From the NCBI RefSeq assembly GCF_042660085.1, contig NZ_JBHSTI010000002.1:540001-572000 (forward strand): 32,000 nucleotides of DNA, written 5' to 3'. The DNA comes from Longivirga aurantiaca. Lineage in GTDB: Bacteria > Actinomycetota > Actinomycetes > S36-B12 > CAIYMF01. A program made the translations under genes and the position numbers. Below, piece by piece: positions 25,041-32,000 of the stretch; the stretch's first letter is position 1; every line of letters starts with the position of its first letter. The notes beneath the pieces are model-generated. The model was not told where the DNA came from. It ran no database searches and saw only the letters and a list, made by a program, of their open reading frames with translations.

Positions 25041-25046
25041 TAGGGT
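25041..25046 (+). promoter_or_regulatory. Candidate -10 box TAGGGT for the BMP-family lipoprotein gene
   Basis: TANNNT hexamer about 55 nt upstream of the TTG start, which has its own GAAGGAG SD. Confidence 0.35.
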
Positions 25047-25100
25047 CGTGTCTGAATCGCTCGGGCAAGGCCGCCCGGCGTCAGGAAGAAGGAGACCCCC

Positions 25101-26168
25101 TTGTACAAGGGCCTGAAGATTGCCGCTCTGCTCGCGGCCAGCACGCTCGCTCTTGCGGCGTGCGGCAGCAGCAGCAGCGGCGGTACGACCACCTCCGCGG
25201 CACCGGCTGAGTCGTCCTCGTCGGCTGCGCCGACGTCCGACGTGAAGGTCGGTCTCGCCTACGACATCGGCGGCCGTGGCGACCAGTCGTTCAACGACTC
25301 CGCCGCCGCCGGCCTGGACAAGGCCGCCGCCGAGTTCGGTGTTGAGATCAAGGAGCTCGACGCGACGGCCGGCGAGACGGACGCGCAGAAGGAGGAGCGC
25401 CTCACGACGCTCGCCGAGGCGGGCTACAACCCGATCATCGCCGTGGGCTTCGCGTACGCCGTCGCCGTCGGCAAGGTCGCGCCGGAGTTCCCGGAGATCC
25501 AGTTCGCGATCGTCGACGACTCCTCGCTGTCCGAGGCCAACAAGAACGTCACCAGCCTGGTGTTCGCCGAGAACGAGGGCTCCTTCCTCGTCGGCGCGAT
25601 CGCTGCTCAGGCGTCCAAGACCGGCAACATCGGCTTCGTCGGCGGCGTCAACGTGCCGCTGATCGTGAAGTTCGAGAAGGGCTTCGAGGCCGGCGCCAAG
25701 GCGGTCAACCCGAGCATCAAGATCCAGACGAAGTACCTCACCGAGCCGCCGGACTTCTCCGGCTTCGGTGACCCGGCCAAGGGCAAGGTCGCGGCCGAGG
25801 GCATGTTCGACGGTGGCGCGGATGTCGTCTACCACGCAGCCGGCGGTTCCGGTGGCGGCGTGTTCGAGGCTGCCAAGGCCGCGGGCGGGCTCGCGATCGG
25901 TGTCGACTCCGACCAGTACCTCACCGCCGACGCCAGCGTGAAGGACGTCATCCTCACCTCGATGCTCAAGCGCGTCGACGTCGCCGTCTACGAGATGATC
26001 AAGTCTGCTGTGGGCGGCACCCCGCTCACCGGCGTCCAGACCTTCGACCTGAAGGCTGACGGCGTGGGCTTCTCCGAGTCCAACGCAGCGGTGGCCGAGT
26101 ACGTGGCCAAGGCCAACGAGCTGAAGGACCAGATCATCGCCGGGACCATCACGGTTCCGTCCTCGTAG
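25101..26168 (+). CDS. BMP-family ABC transporter substrate-binding lipoprotein (nucleoside-type)
   Basis: Start TTG 25101. Lipobox LALAACGSSSS. VKVGLAYDIGGRGDQSFNDSAAAGL, FLVGAIAAQASKTGNIGFVGG and VIYHAAG-like DVVYHAAGGSGGGVFEAA. Confidence 0.94.
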   Translation: MYKGLKIAALLAASTLALAACGSSSSGGTTTSAAPAESSSSAAPTSDVKVGLAYDIGGRGDQSFNDSAAAGLDKAAAEFGVEIKELDATAGETDAQKEERLTTLAEAGYNPIIAVGFAYAVAVGKVAPEFPEIQFAIVDDSSLSEANKNVTSLVFAENEGSFLVGAIAAQASKTGNIGFVGGVNVPLIVKFEKGFEAGAKAVNPSIKIQTKYLTEPPDFSGFGDPAKGKVAAEGMFDGGADVVYHAAGGSGGGVFEAAKAAGGLAIGVDSDQYLTADASVKDVILTSMLKRVDVAVYEMIKSAVGGTPLTGVQTFDLKADGVGFSESNAAVAEYVAKANELKDQIIAGTITVPSS

Positions 26169-26182
26169 TAGCACGTCACGGC

Positions 26183-26220
26183 CGATCGTGGGGCGCGTCC
26201 TAGGACGCGCCCCACGATCG
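26183..26220. terminator. 38-nt perfect palindrome (18-bp stem) between the lipoprotein and ATPase genes
   Basis: CGATCGTGGGGCGCGTCC-TA-GGACGCGCCCCACGATCG. Confidence 0.75.
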
Positions 26221-26225
26221 CCGGA

Positions 26226-26266
26226 CCGGGCCCGATCCATGCGTGTAGCGTGCGGATCGGGCCCGG
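26226..26266. repeat. Second inverted repeat: 13-bp perfect arms, 15-nt loop
   Basis: CCGGGCCCGATCC (26226-26238) and GGATCGGGCCCGG (26254-26266). Confidence 0.75.
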
Positions 26267-26323
26267 CGTCGTTCCCACGGTCGGCCGGCAGTGCCCGCTG
26301 ACCCTTGCAAGGAGTGAGCAGCC

Positions 26324-27871
26324 ATCAGCACCCAGCCTGACACCGCCTCGACGACCGAAGCGCTCGCGGTCGAGCTCCGGGACATCACCAAGACCTTCCC
26401 CGGTGTCGTGGCCAACAAGGACATCAACCTCCGCGTCCGGCGCGGCACGGTCCACGCGATCGTGGGGGAGAACGGGGCCGGCAAGTCCACGCTCATGAAG
26501 ACGCTGTACGGCATGCACCACGCCGACAGCGGCACGATCGCGCTCGACGGCGAGACCGTGGTGCTCACGAGCCCCAGCGAGGCGATCGCCCGCGGGGTGG
26601 GCATGGTGCACCAGCACTTCCAGCTGGCGGACAACCTCTCGGTGCTCGAGAACGTCGTCCTCGGCAGCGAGCCCAAGCGCGGGATGCGCCTCGACTACGA
26701 CCTCGCCCGCGCCCGGATCCTCGAGATCTCCGACCGCTACGGCCTCGACGTGCGGCCCGACGAGCTGGTCGAGGACCTCGGGGTCGGCGAGCGTCAGCGC
26801 GTCGAGATCCTCAAGGTTCTCTACCGCGGCGCCCGCACCCTCATCCTCGACGAGCCCACGGCGGTCCTCGTGCCCCAGGAGGTCGACGAGCTCTTCGACG
26901 CGCTGCGCGAGCTGAAGTCCGAGGGGCTCGCCATCCTGTTCATCTCGCACAAGCTCGACGAGGTGCTCAAGGTCGCGGACGAGATCACCGTGATCCGGCG
27001 CGGCACCACGGTGGCCTCGGTGCTGCCGGCCGACGTGACCGCGCGCAAGCTCGCGGAGCTCATGGTGGGCAGCGAGCTGCCGACGCCGGAGACGCGCGAG
27101 TCGACGGTGACCGACGTCGAGGAGATCGTGGTCCAGGGGCTCACGCTCGTGGACCGCTCCGGACGCGCGCTGCTGTCGGACGTCTCGTTCACGATCCACC
27201 GCGGCGAGGTGCTCGGCATCGCGGGCGTCGAGGGCAACGGCCAGGCCGAGCTCGTCGAGACGATCATGGGGATGCGCAAGGCATCGTCAGGATCGGTGTC
27301 CCTCGCAGGCGAGGACATCTCCGCCTGGTCCACCCGGCGACGTCGGGAGAACGGGATCGCCTACATCGCCGAGGACCGCATCCGGCACGGGCTGCTGCTC
27401 GAGTCGCCGCTCTGGGAGAACCGGATGCTCGGCCACCAGACGCAGCCACCCAACAGCAAGGGGCCGCTCCTCGACGTCCGGGGCGCCAAGAAGGACACCC
27501 AGCGCATCGTGGACGAGTACGACGTCCGCACGCCGTCCATCGAGGTGCTCGCGTCGGCCCTGTCCGGGGGCAACCAGCAGAAGCTCATCGTGGGTCGTGA
27601 GATGAGCAGCAACCCCTCGGTGCTCATCGCCTCGCACCCGACCCGCGGCGTGGACGTGGGTGCTCAGGCGGCCATCTGGGACCTGCTGCGCGAGGCCCGC
27701 GCGAAGGGACTGGCGGTGCTCCTCATCTCGGCCGACCTCGACGAGCTCATCGGCCTGTCCGACTCGATCAAGGTGATGCTGCGCGGCAAGCTCGTCGCCG
27801 ACGCCGACCCGGCCACCGTCACGCCCGAGCAGCTCGGCTCGGCGATGACCGGCGCGGAGGGTGCAGCCTGA
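26324..27871 (+). CDS. ABC transporter ATP-binding protein (two ABC domains, nucleoside/simple-sugar uptake type); apparent ATC start
   Basis: [21 protein letters not shown]...[48 protein letters not shown] and second domain [19 protein letters not shown]...[15 protein letters not shown]. In-frame stop at 26315; no ATG/GTG/TTG until GTG 26408. Confidence 0.9.
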   Translation: MSTQPDTASTTEALAVELRDITKTFPGVVANKDINLRVRRGTVHAIVGENGAGKSTLMKTLYGMHHADSGTIALDGETVVLTSPSEAIARGVGMVHQHFQLADNLSVLENVVLGSEPKRGMRLDYDLARARILEISDRYGLDVRPDELVEDLGVGERQRVEILKVLYRGARTLILDEPTAVLVPQEVDELFDALRELKSEGLAILFISHKLDEVLKVADEITVIRRGTTVASVLPADVTARKLAELMVGSELPTPETRESTVTDVEEIVVQGLTLVDRSGRALLSDVSFTIHRGEVLGIAGVEGNGQAELVETIMGMRKASSGSVSLAGEDISAWSTRRRRENGIAYIAEDRIRHGLLLESPLWENRMLGHQTQPPNSKGPLLDVRGAKKDTQRIVDEYDVRTPSIEVLASALSGGNQQKLIVGREMSSNPSVLIASHPTRGVDVGAQAAIWDLLREARAKGLAVLLISADLDELIGLSDSIKVMLRGKLVADADPATVTPEQLGSAMTGAEGAA

Positions 27872-28986
27872 TGCCCGGTCGCCTCAGCCTCAACCGCATC
27901 GCCCTCGCCGTCGCGGCGCCGGTGCTTGCCATCGCGTTCTCGCTGCTGGTCACGTCCGTGGTCCTGGTGGTGTCGGGCAACAACCCGATCGTGGCGTTCA
28001 CGACGATGCTCGAGCAGCTCACCAAGCCGCGCATCCAGGTCAACATCCTGAACTCCGCGACCACCTACTACCTGTCGGCGGTCGCGGTCGCGATCGGCTT
28101 CAAGATGAACCTGTTCAACATCGGCGTCGACGGCCAGTACCGGCTCGCGGCGATGCTCGCCGCCGCCGTGGGCGGCGCCGTCGTCCTTCCGGCGCCCCTG
28201 CACATCGGGCTGATCATCGCCGTGGCGATGTTCGTCGGCGCCATGTGGGCCGGCATCGCCGGACTGCTCAAGGTGACCCGCGGTGTCAGCGAGGTCATCT
28301 CGACCATCATGCTGAACTTCATCGCCACCGGCATCGTGGCCTACCTGCTCGCGCCGGGTCGCCTGGCGGTGGAGACCCAGGGGTCGAACAACATCGGCAC
28401 CAAGCCCATCCCCGAGTCGGGCCAGGTGCCCGGCCTGCCGATCATCCCCGGCACCAAGAACGAGGTCTACGGCCTCATCGTCGTGGCGATCCTCGTCGGG
28501 ATCGGCTACTGGTTCCTGCTCACCCGAACGCGGTTCGGCTTCGACCTGCGCGCCACCGGCTCGTCCGAGCCGGCGGCGGTCGCGAGCGGCGTCAACGTCA
28601 AGAAGATGGTCGTCTACGCGATGCTCCTCTCGGGTGCCGTCGCCGGCCTCGTGGGCATGCCGCAGCTGCTCGGCTCGTCTTACTCCTACGGGCTCGACTT
28701 CCCGACGGGGCTCGGCTTCACGGGCATCGCCATCGCGCTGCTCGGCCGCAACTCGCCGATCGGCATCGCCTTCGCCGCCCTGCTGTGGGCGTTCCTCGAC
28801 AACAGCTCGAACAGCCTCGAGTTCGAGGGTGTCCCGAAGCAGGCCGTCCTGATCATGCAGGGAGTGATCGTGCTGTCCGTGGTCATCGCCTACGAGCTCG
28901 TCCGTAGGTACCGGATCAGGTCGGTCGCGCGAGACGTCGGGCGTCAGCTGGCGGCCACGGCGCCCGAGAAGGAGGCCGTCGCATGA
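27871..28986 (+). CDS. ABC transporter permease (nucleoside/simple-sugar uptake type)
   Basis: GFKMNLFNIGVDGQYRLAAMLAA, VSEVISTIMLNFIA and DLRATGSSEPAAVASGVNVKKMV are typical of BMP-system permeases. Overlaps the ATPase stop. Confidence 0.93.
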   Translation: MPGRLSLNRIALAVAAPVLAIAFSLLVTSVVLVVSGNNPIVAFTTMLEQLTKPRIQVNILNSATTYYLSAVAVAIGFKMNLFNIGVDGQYRLAAMLAAAVGGAVVLPAPLHIGLIIAVAMFVGAMWAGIAGLLKVTRGVSEVISTIMLNFIATGIVAYLLAPGRLAVETQGSNNIGTKPIPESGQVPGLPIIPGTKNEVYGLIVVAILVGIGYWFLLTRTRFGFDLRATGSSEPAAVASGVNVKKMVVYAMLLSGAVAGLVGMPQLLGSSYSYGLDFPTGLGFTGIAIALLGRNSPIGIAFAALLWAFLDNSSNSLEFEGVPKQAVLIMQGVIVLSVVIAYELVRRYRIRSVARDVGRQLAATAPEKEAVA

Positions 28987-30245
28987 GCACCGACACGCTG
29001 ACCCCCGAGACCGCACCGAGCAGGCCGGTGCGCCGGCTCGGCTCGTCGAAGACGTGGCGGCTGCTCTACATCGCCTCGCTGATCCTGCTCCTGCTGTCGG
29101 TGGTGCGGGTCCTCACCGGCGTCACCAACCTGACCTCCGCGGGCACGGTCGCGGCCGCGCTCGGGCTCTCGGTGCCGATCGCGATGGCCGGTCTGGGCGG
29201 CCTCTGGGCCGAGCGCGCGGGCGTGGTCAACATCGGGCTCGAGGGCATGATGATCCTCGGAACCTTCGGGGCGGGCTGGGCCGGCTACCAGTGGGGCCCG
29301 TGGGTCGGTCTGCTCGTGGCCGTGGCTGCCGGCGCCCTCGGAGGCCTGCTGCACGCGCTCGCCACGGTGACGTTCGCCGTCGACCAGATCGTGAGCGGCG
29401 TCGCGATCAACATCCTCGCGGTCGGGCTCACCCAGTTCCTCGCAGCCGAGCTGTTCACCGGCGTCCCCGGCGGTGGCGGCACGCAGTCGCCGCGCATCGA
29501 CACCATGGGCAGCATCACCCTCCCGGGCATCTCGACCGCTGCCGAGTCGATCGCCGAGCAGGGCTGGTTCCTCGTCTCCGACCTGGCCGGTGTCATCGCC
29601 GGCCTCACGACCAACGTGTCCTACGTGACGATCATGGCGATCCTCGCGCTCGTCGGTTCCTTCTTCATCCTCTGGCGCACGGCGTTCGGCCTGCGGCTGC
29701 GCTCCTGCGGCGAGGCGCCGTACGCCGCGGCGACGCTCGGCGTGAACGTCATGAAGTACAAGTACATCGCGGTGGTCATGTCGGGCGCCCTGGCCGGTCT
29801 CGGCGGCGCCTACCTGACCATCGTGGCCGCGCAGATCTACCGCGAGGGCCAGACGGCTGGACGCGGCTACATCGGTCTCGCCGCGATGATCTTCGGCAAC
29901 TGGCGTCCGGGCGGGCTCGCCGCCGGTGCGGGTCTCTTCGGCTACACCGACGCCCTGCAGCTGCGCGGCGGCGGTGCGGTCCACGCGCTCCTGCTGCTGA
30001 CCGCCATCCTCCTCGTGGGCTACGCGATCTGGCTGTTCTACAAGCGCAAGCTGGTCAGCGGCATCATCGCGGTCGTGATCGGCCTCGGCGTGTACGCCTG
30101 GTACGCCACCACGGACGACGTGCCCCCGCAGGTCGCGTTCGTGACGCCGTACGTCGCCACGCTGCTCGTGCTGTCGATGGCCTCGCAACGGCTGCGCATG
30201 CCGGCCGCGGACGGGAAGCCGTACCTCAAGGGCGAGGAGCACTAG
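28983..30245 (+). CDS. ABC transporter permease (second permease of the nucleoside system)
   Basis: GGLWAERAGVVNIGLEGMMILGTFGAGW, FAVDQIVSGVAINILAVGLTQFL and RLRSCGEAPYAAATLGVNVMKYKYIAV. 4-nt ATGA overlap upstream. Confidence 0.93.
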   Translation: MSTDTLTPETAPSRPVRRLGSSKTWRLLYIASLILLLLSVVRVLTGVTNLTSAGTVAAALGLSVPIAMAGLGGLWAERAGVVNIGLEGMMILGTFGAGWAGYQWGPWVGLLVAVAAGALGGLLHALATVTFAVDQIVSGVAINILAVGLTQFLAAELFTGVPGGGGTQSPRIDTMGSITLPGISTAAESIAEQGWFLVSDLAGVIAGLTTNVSYVTIMAILALVGSFFILWRTAFGLRLRSCGEAPYAAATLGVNVMKYKYIAVVMSGALAGLGGAYLTIVAAQIYREGQTAGRGYIGLAAMIFGNWRPGGLAAGAGLFGYTDALQLRGGGAVHALLLLTAILLVGYAIWLFYKRKLVSGIIAVVIGLGVYAWYATTDDVPPQVAFVTPYVATLLVLSMASQRLRMPAADGKPYLKGEEH

Positions 30246-30248
30246 CCG

Positions 30249-30662
30249 GTGGCCGAGGTCGACTGGGACGGCCTCCGAGCGGCCGCCGTCGAAGTGATGC
30301 AGAGGGCGTACGCCCCCTACAGCAGGTTCCGCGTGGGCGTCGCCGGGCTCGTGGACGACGGCAGGGTCGTCGTGGGGTGCAACGTCGAGAACGCGGCGTA
30401 CGGCGTCGCCCTGTGCGCGGAGTGCGGCATGGTGTCGCAGCTGCACGCCACCGGCGGAGGTCGGCTCGTGGCGGTCGCGTGCGTCGACGCCAACGGCGAC
30501 CCCCTGATGCCGTGCGGCCGGTGCCGTCAGCTCCTGTGGGAGAACGGCGGGCCCGAGTGCCTCGTCGCGACCCCGCTCGGCGTCCTCCCGATGTCCGACG
30601 TCCTGCCGCAGGCGTTCGGCGTCTCCGACCTCTCGCACGTGACAGGTGAGTCCTATGGCTGA
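30249..30662 (+). CDS. cdd: Cytidine deaminase
   Basis: YAPYSRFRVGVAGLV, GCNVENAAYGVALCAECG and LMPCGRCRQLLWENG zinc-binding HAE/CAE and PCxxC motifs. Confidence 0.94.
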   Translation: MAEVDWDGLRAAAVEVMQRAYAPYSRFRVGVAGLVDDGRVVVGCNVENAAYGVALCAECGMVSQLHATGGGRLVAVACVDANGDPLMPCGRCRQLLWENGGPECLVATPLGVLPMSDVLPQAFGVSDLSHVTGESYG

Positions 30663-31947
30663 GAAGTTCGCCGCGGTCGATGTGATCGTCGCCAAGCGCG
30701 ACAAGCGCGAGCTGACCGACGAGCAGATCGACTGGGTCGTCGACGCCTACACGCGCGGCGTGGTGGCCGACGAGCAGATGAGCGCGCTGGCGATGGCGAT
30801 CCTGCTCAACGACATGACCCCGCGGGAGATCGCGCGCTGGACCGGAGCGATGATCGCGAGCGGCGAGCGGATGGACTTCAGCACCGTCGGGCGCCCGACC
30901 GTCGACAAGCACTCCACCGGCGGCGTCGGCGACAAGATCACGTTGCCGCTCGCGCCCGTCGTCGCGGCCTGCGGTGCCGCGGTGCCCCAGCTCTCCGGCC
31001 GCGGCCTCGGCTACACCGGCGGCACGCTCGACAAGCTCGAGTCGATCCCCGGGTGGCGGGCGTCACTGTCCAACGAGGAGATGCTCGCCGTCCTGCGCGA
31101 CGTCGGCGCGGTCATCTGCGCGGCCGGCGACGGGCTCGCGCCGGCCGACAAGAAGCTGTACGCGCTGCGCGACGTCACCGGCACGGTCGAGGCGATCCCG
31201 CTCATCGCGAGCAGCATCATGAGCAAGAAGATCGCCGAGGGCACCGGCGCGCTCGTGCTCGACGTCAAGGTGGGCTCCGGGGCCTTCATGAAGGACGAGG
31301 CGCGGGCCCGTGCCCTGGCCGAGCGGATGGTGGCCCTCGGCGAGGACGCCGGGGTGCGCACCCGCGCCCTGCTCACCGCCATGGACACCCCGCTCGGGCT
31401 CACCGCCGGCAACGCGCTCGAGGTGCGCGAGTCGGTCGAGGTGCTCGCCGGCGGCGGCCCTGCGGACGTCGTCGAGCTGACGCTCGTCCTCGCGCGGAAC
31501 ATGCTCGAGCTCGCCGGCGTCCACGGGCCGGACCCCGAGGAGGTCCTGCGCGACGGCCGGGCCATGGACGCCTGGCGCCGGATGATCGCGGCCCAGGGCG
31601 GCGACCCCGATGCGCCGCTCCCGGTGGCCCCCGAGCAGCACGTCGTCACCGCCGAGCGTTCGGGAGTGCTCACCCGGCTCGACGCGCTGGCGGTCGGCGT
31701 GGCCGCATGGCGCCTCGGCGCCGGTCGGGCCCGCAAGGAGGACCCGGTCAGCGCGGGTGCCGGCATCGAGATGCACGCGAAGCCCGGCGACGCCGTCACC
31801 GCCCGTCAGCCGCTTCTCACCCTGCACGCCGACGACGCCGGGCGCTTCGCGGCGTCGTTGCGCGACCTCGAGGGCGGCGTGGCGATCGGCGACCCCGGCA
31901 CTCCGATCGACCTCCTGCCGCTCGTCATCGACCAGATCGGATCCTGA
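30655..31947 (+). CDS. deoA: Thymidine phosphorylase
   Basis: VDKHSTGGVGDKITLPLAPVVAACGAAVPQLSGRGLGYTGGTLDKLESIPG and IASSIMSKKIAEGTGALVLDVKVGSGAFMK. GTG 30646 is an alternative start. Confidence 0.95.
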   Translation: MAEKFAAVDVIVAKRDKRELTDEQIDWVVDAYTRGVVADEQMSALAMAILLNDMTPREIARWTGAMIASGERMDFSTVGRPTVDKHSTGGVGDKITLPLAPVVAACGAAVPQLSGRGLGYTGGTLDKLESIPGWRASLSNEEMLAVLRDVGAVICAAGDGLAPADKKLYALRDVTGTVEAIPLIASSIMSKKIAEGTGALVLDVKVGSGAFMKDEARARALAERMVALGEDAGVRTRALLTAMDTPLGLTAGNALEVRESVEVLAGGGPADVVELTLVLARNMLELAGVHGPDPEEVLRDGRAMDAWRRMIAAQGGDPDAPLPVAPEQHVVTAERSGVLTRLDALAVGVAAWRLGAGRARKEDPVSAGAGIEMHAKPGDAVTARQPLLTLHADDAGRFAASLRDLEGGVAIGDPGTPIDLLPLVIDQIGS

Positions 31948-31948
31948 C

Positions 31949-32000
31949 ATGCCGCGCGTCATCGAGGCGCCCACCCGCATCCCCGTCCCGGGCGGCAAGA
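31949..32000 (+). CDS. Start of a downstream gene, truncated by the window edge (MPRVIEAPTRIPVPGGK...)
   Basis: ATG immediately after the deoA stop; open to the window end. Too short to assign; a cupin-domain protein is only a guess. Confidence 0.45.
   Translation, partial: MPRVIEAPTRIPVPGGK

Noticed and set aside
26314-26340. GTG-initiated 8-codon mini-ORF (VSSHQHPA) overlapping the ATPase start region
   Set aside because: Too short to support as a gene, and its GTG overlaps the Shine-Dalgarno; noted only as an alternative reading of the ATC-start region.
24975-27199. Minus-strand ORFs 24975..26240 and 25988..27199 in the nucleoside-transport region
   Set aside because: Opposite the BMP lipoprotein and ABC ATPase, both with clear motifs; typical GC-frame artefacts.
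28944-30704. 586-aa minus-strand ORF across the second permease
   Set aside because: Shadow of the permease and cdd genes; His/Arg/Asp-rich with no recognisable domain.

Overview
High-GC actinobacterial chromosomal window (gene content and translations look like Micrococcales, possibly Cellulomonadaceae; this is inference). It is almost entirely core and accessory metabolism. From left to right on +: PAP2 phosphatase (partial), diacylglycerol kinase-like protein, DUF3291 protein, folD, DUF3017 protein, mdh, icd, GNAT acetyltransferase, acyltransferase-3 membrane protein, exonuclease III-like protein, an uncharacterised membrane protein, and an SdsA1-like alkyl sulfatase coupled to a small unknown protein. 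On - (11.8-18.5 kb) is a tightly overlapped five-gene cluster: GH42 beta-galactosidase, DeoR-family regulator, galT, galK, glpD. Then on + come a CNNM/CBS hemolysin-family protein, trpS and a 2'-5' RNA ligase-like protein; on - a D-Ala-D-Ala carboxypeptidase; on + a methylmalonyl-CoA mutase large subunit and a nucleoside-uptake/salvage cluster (BMP-family lipoprotein, ABC ATPase, two permeases, cdd, deoA). I saw no CRISPR array, tRNA/rRNA, transposase, prophage or defence system, and no clearly new multi-gene biological system. The most interesting observations are: (1) glpD fused by four consecutive 4-nt overlaps to a lacZ/galTK operon, suggesting galactosylglycerol use; (2) a phased AACAG/CTGTT repeat array that looks like that operon's operator; (3) an ABC ATPase whose only sensible start codon is ATC, preceded by two perfect hairpins that would uncouple it from the binding-protein gene; (4) a recurring -10-like box 6-7 nt upstream of several start codons, suggesting leaderless transcripts, including one for a 24-codon uORF.
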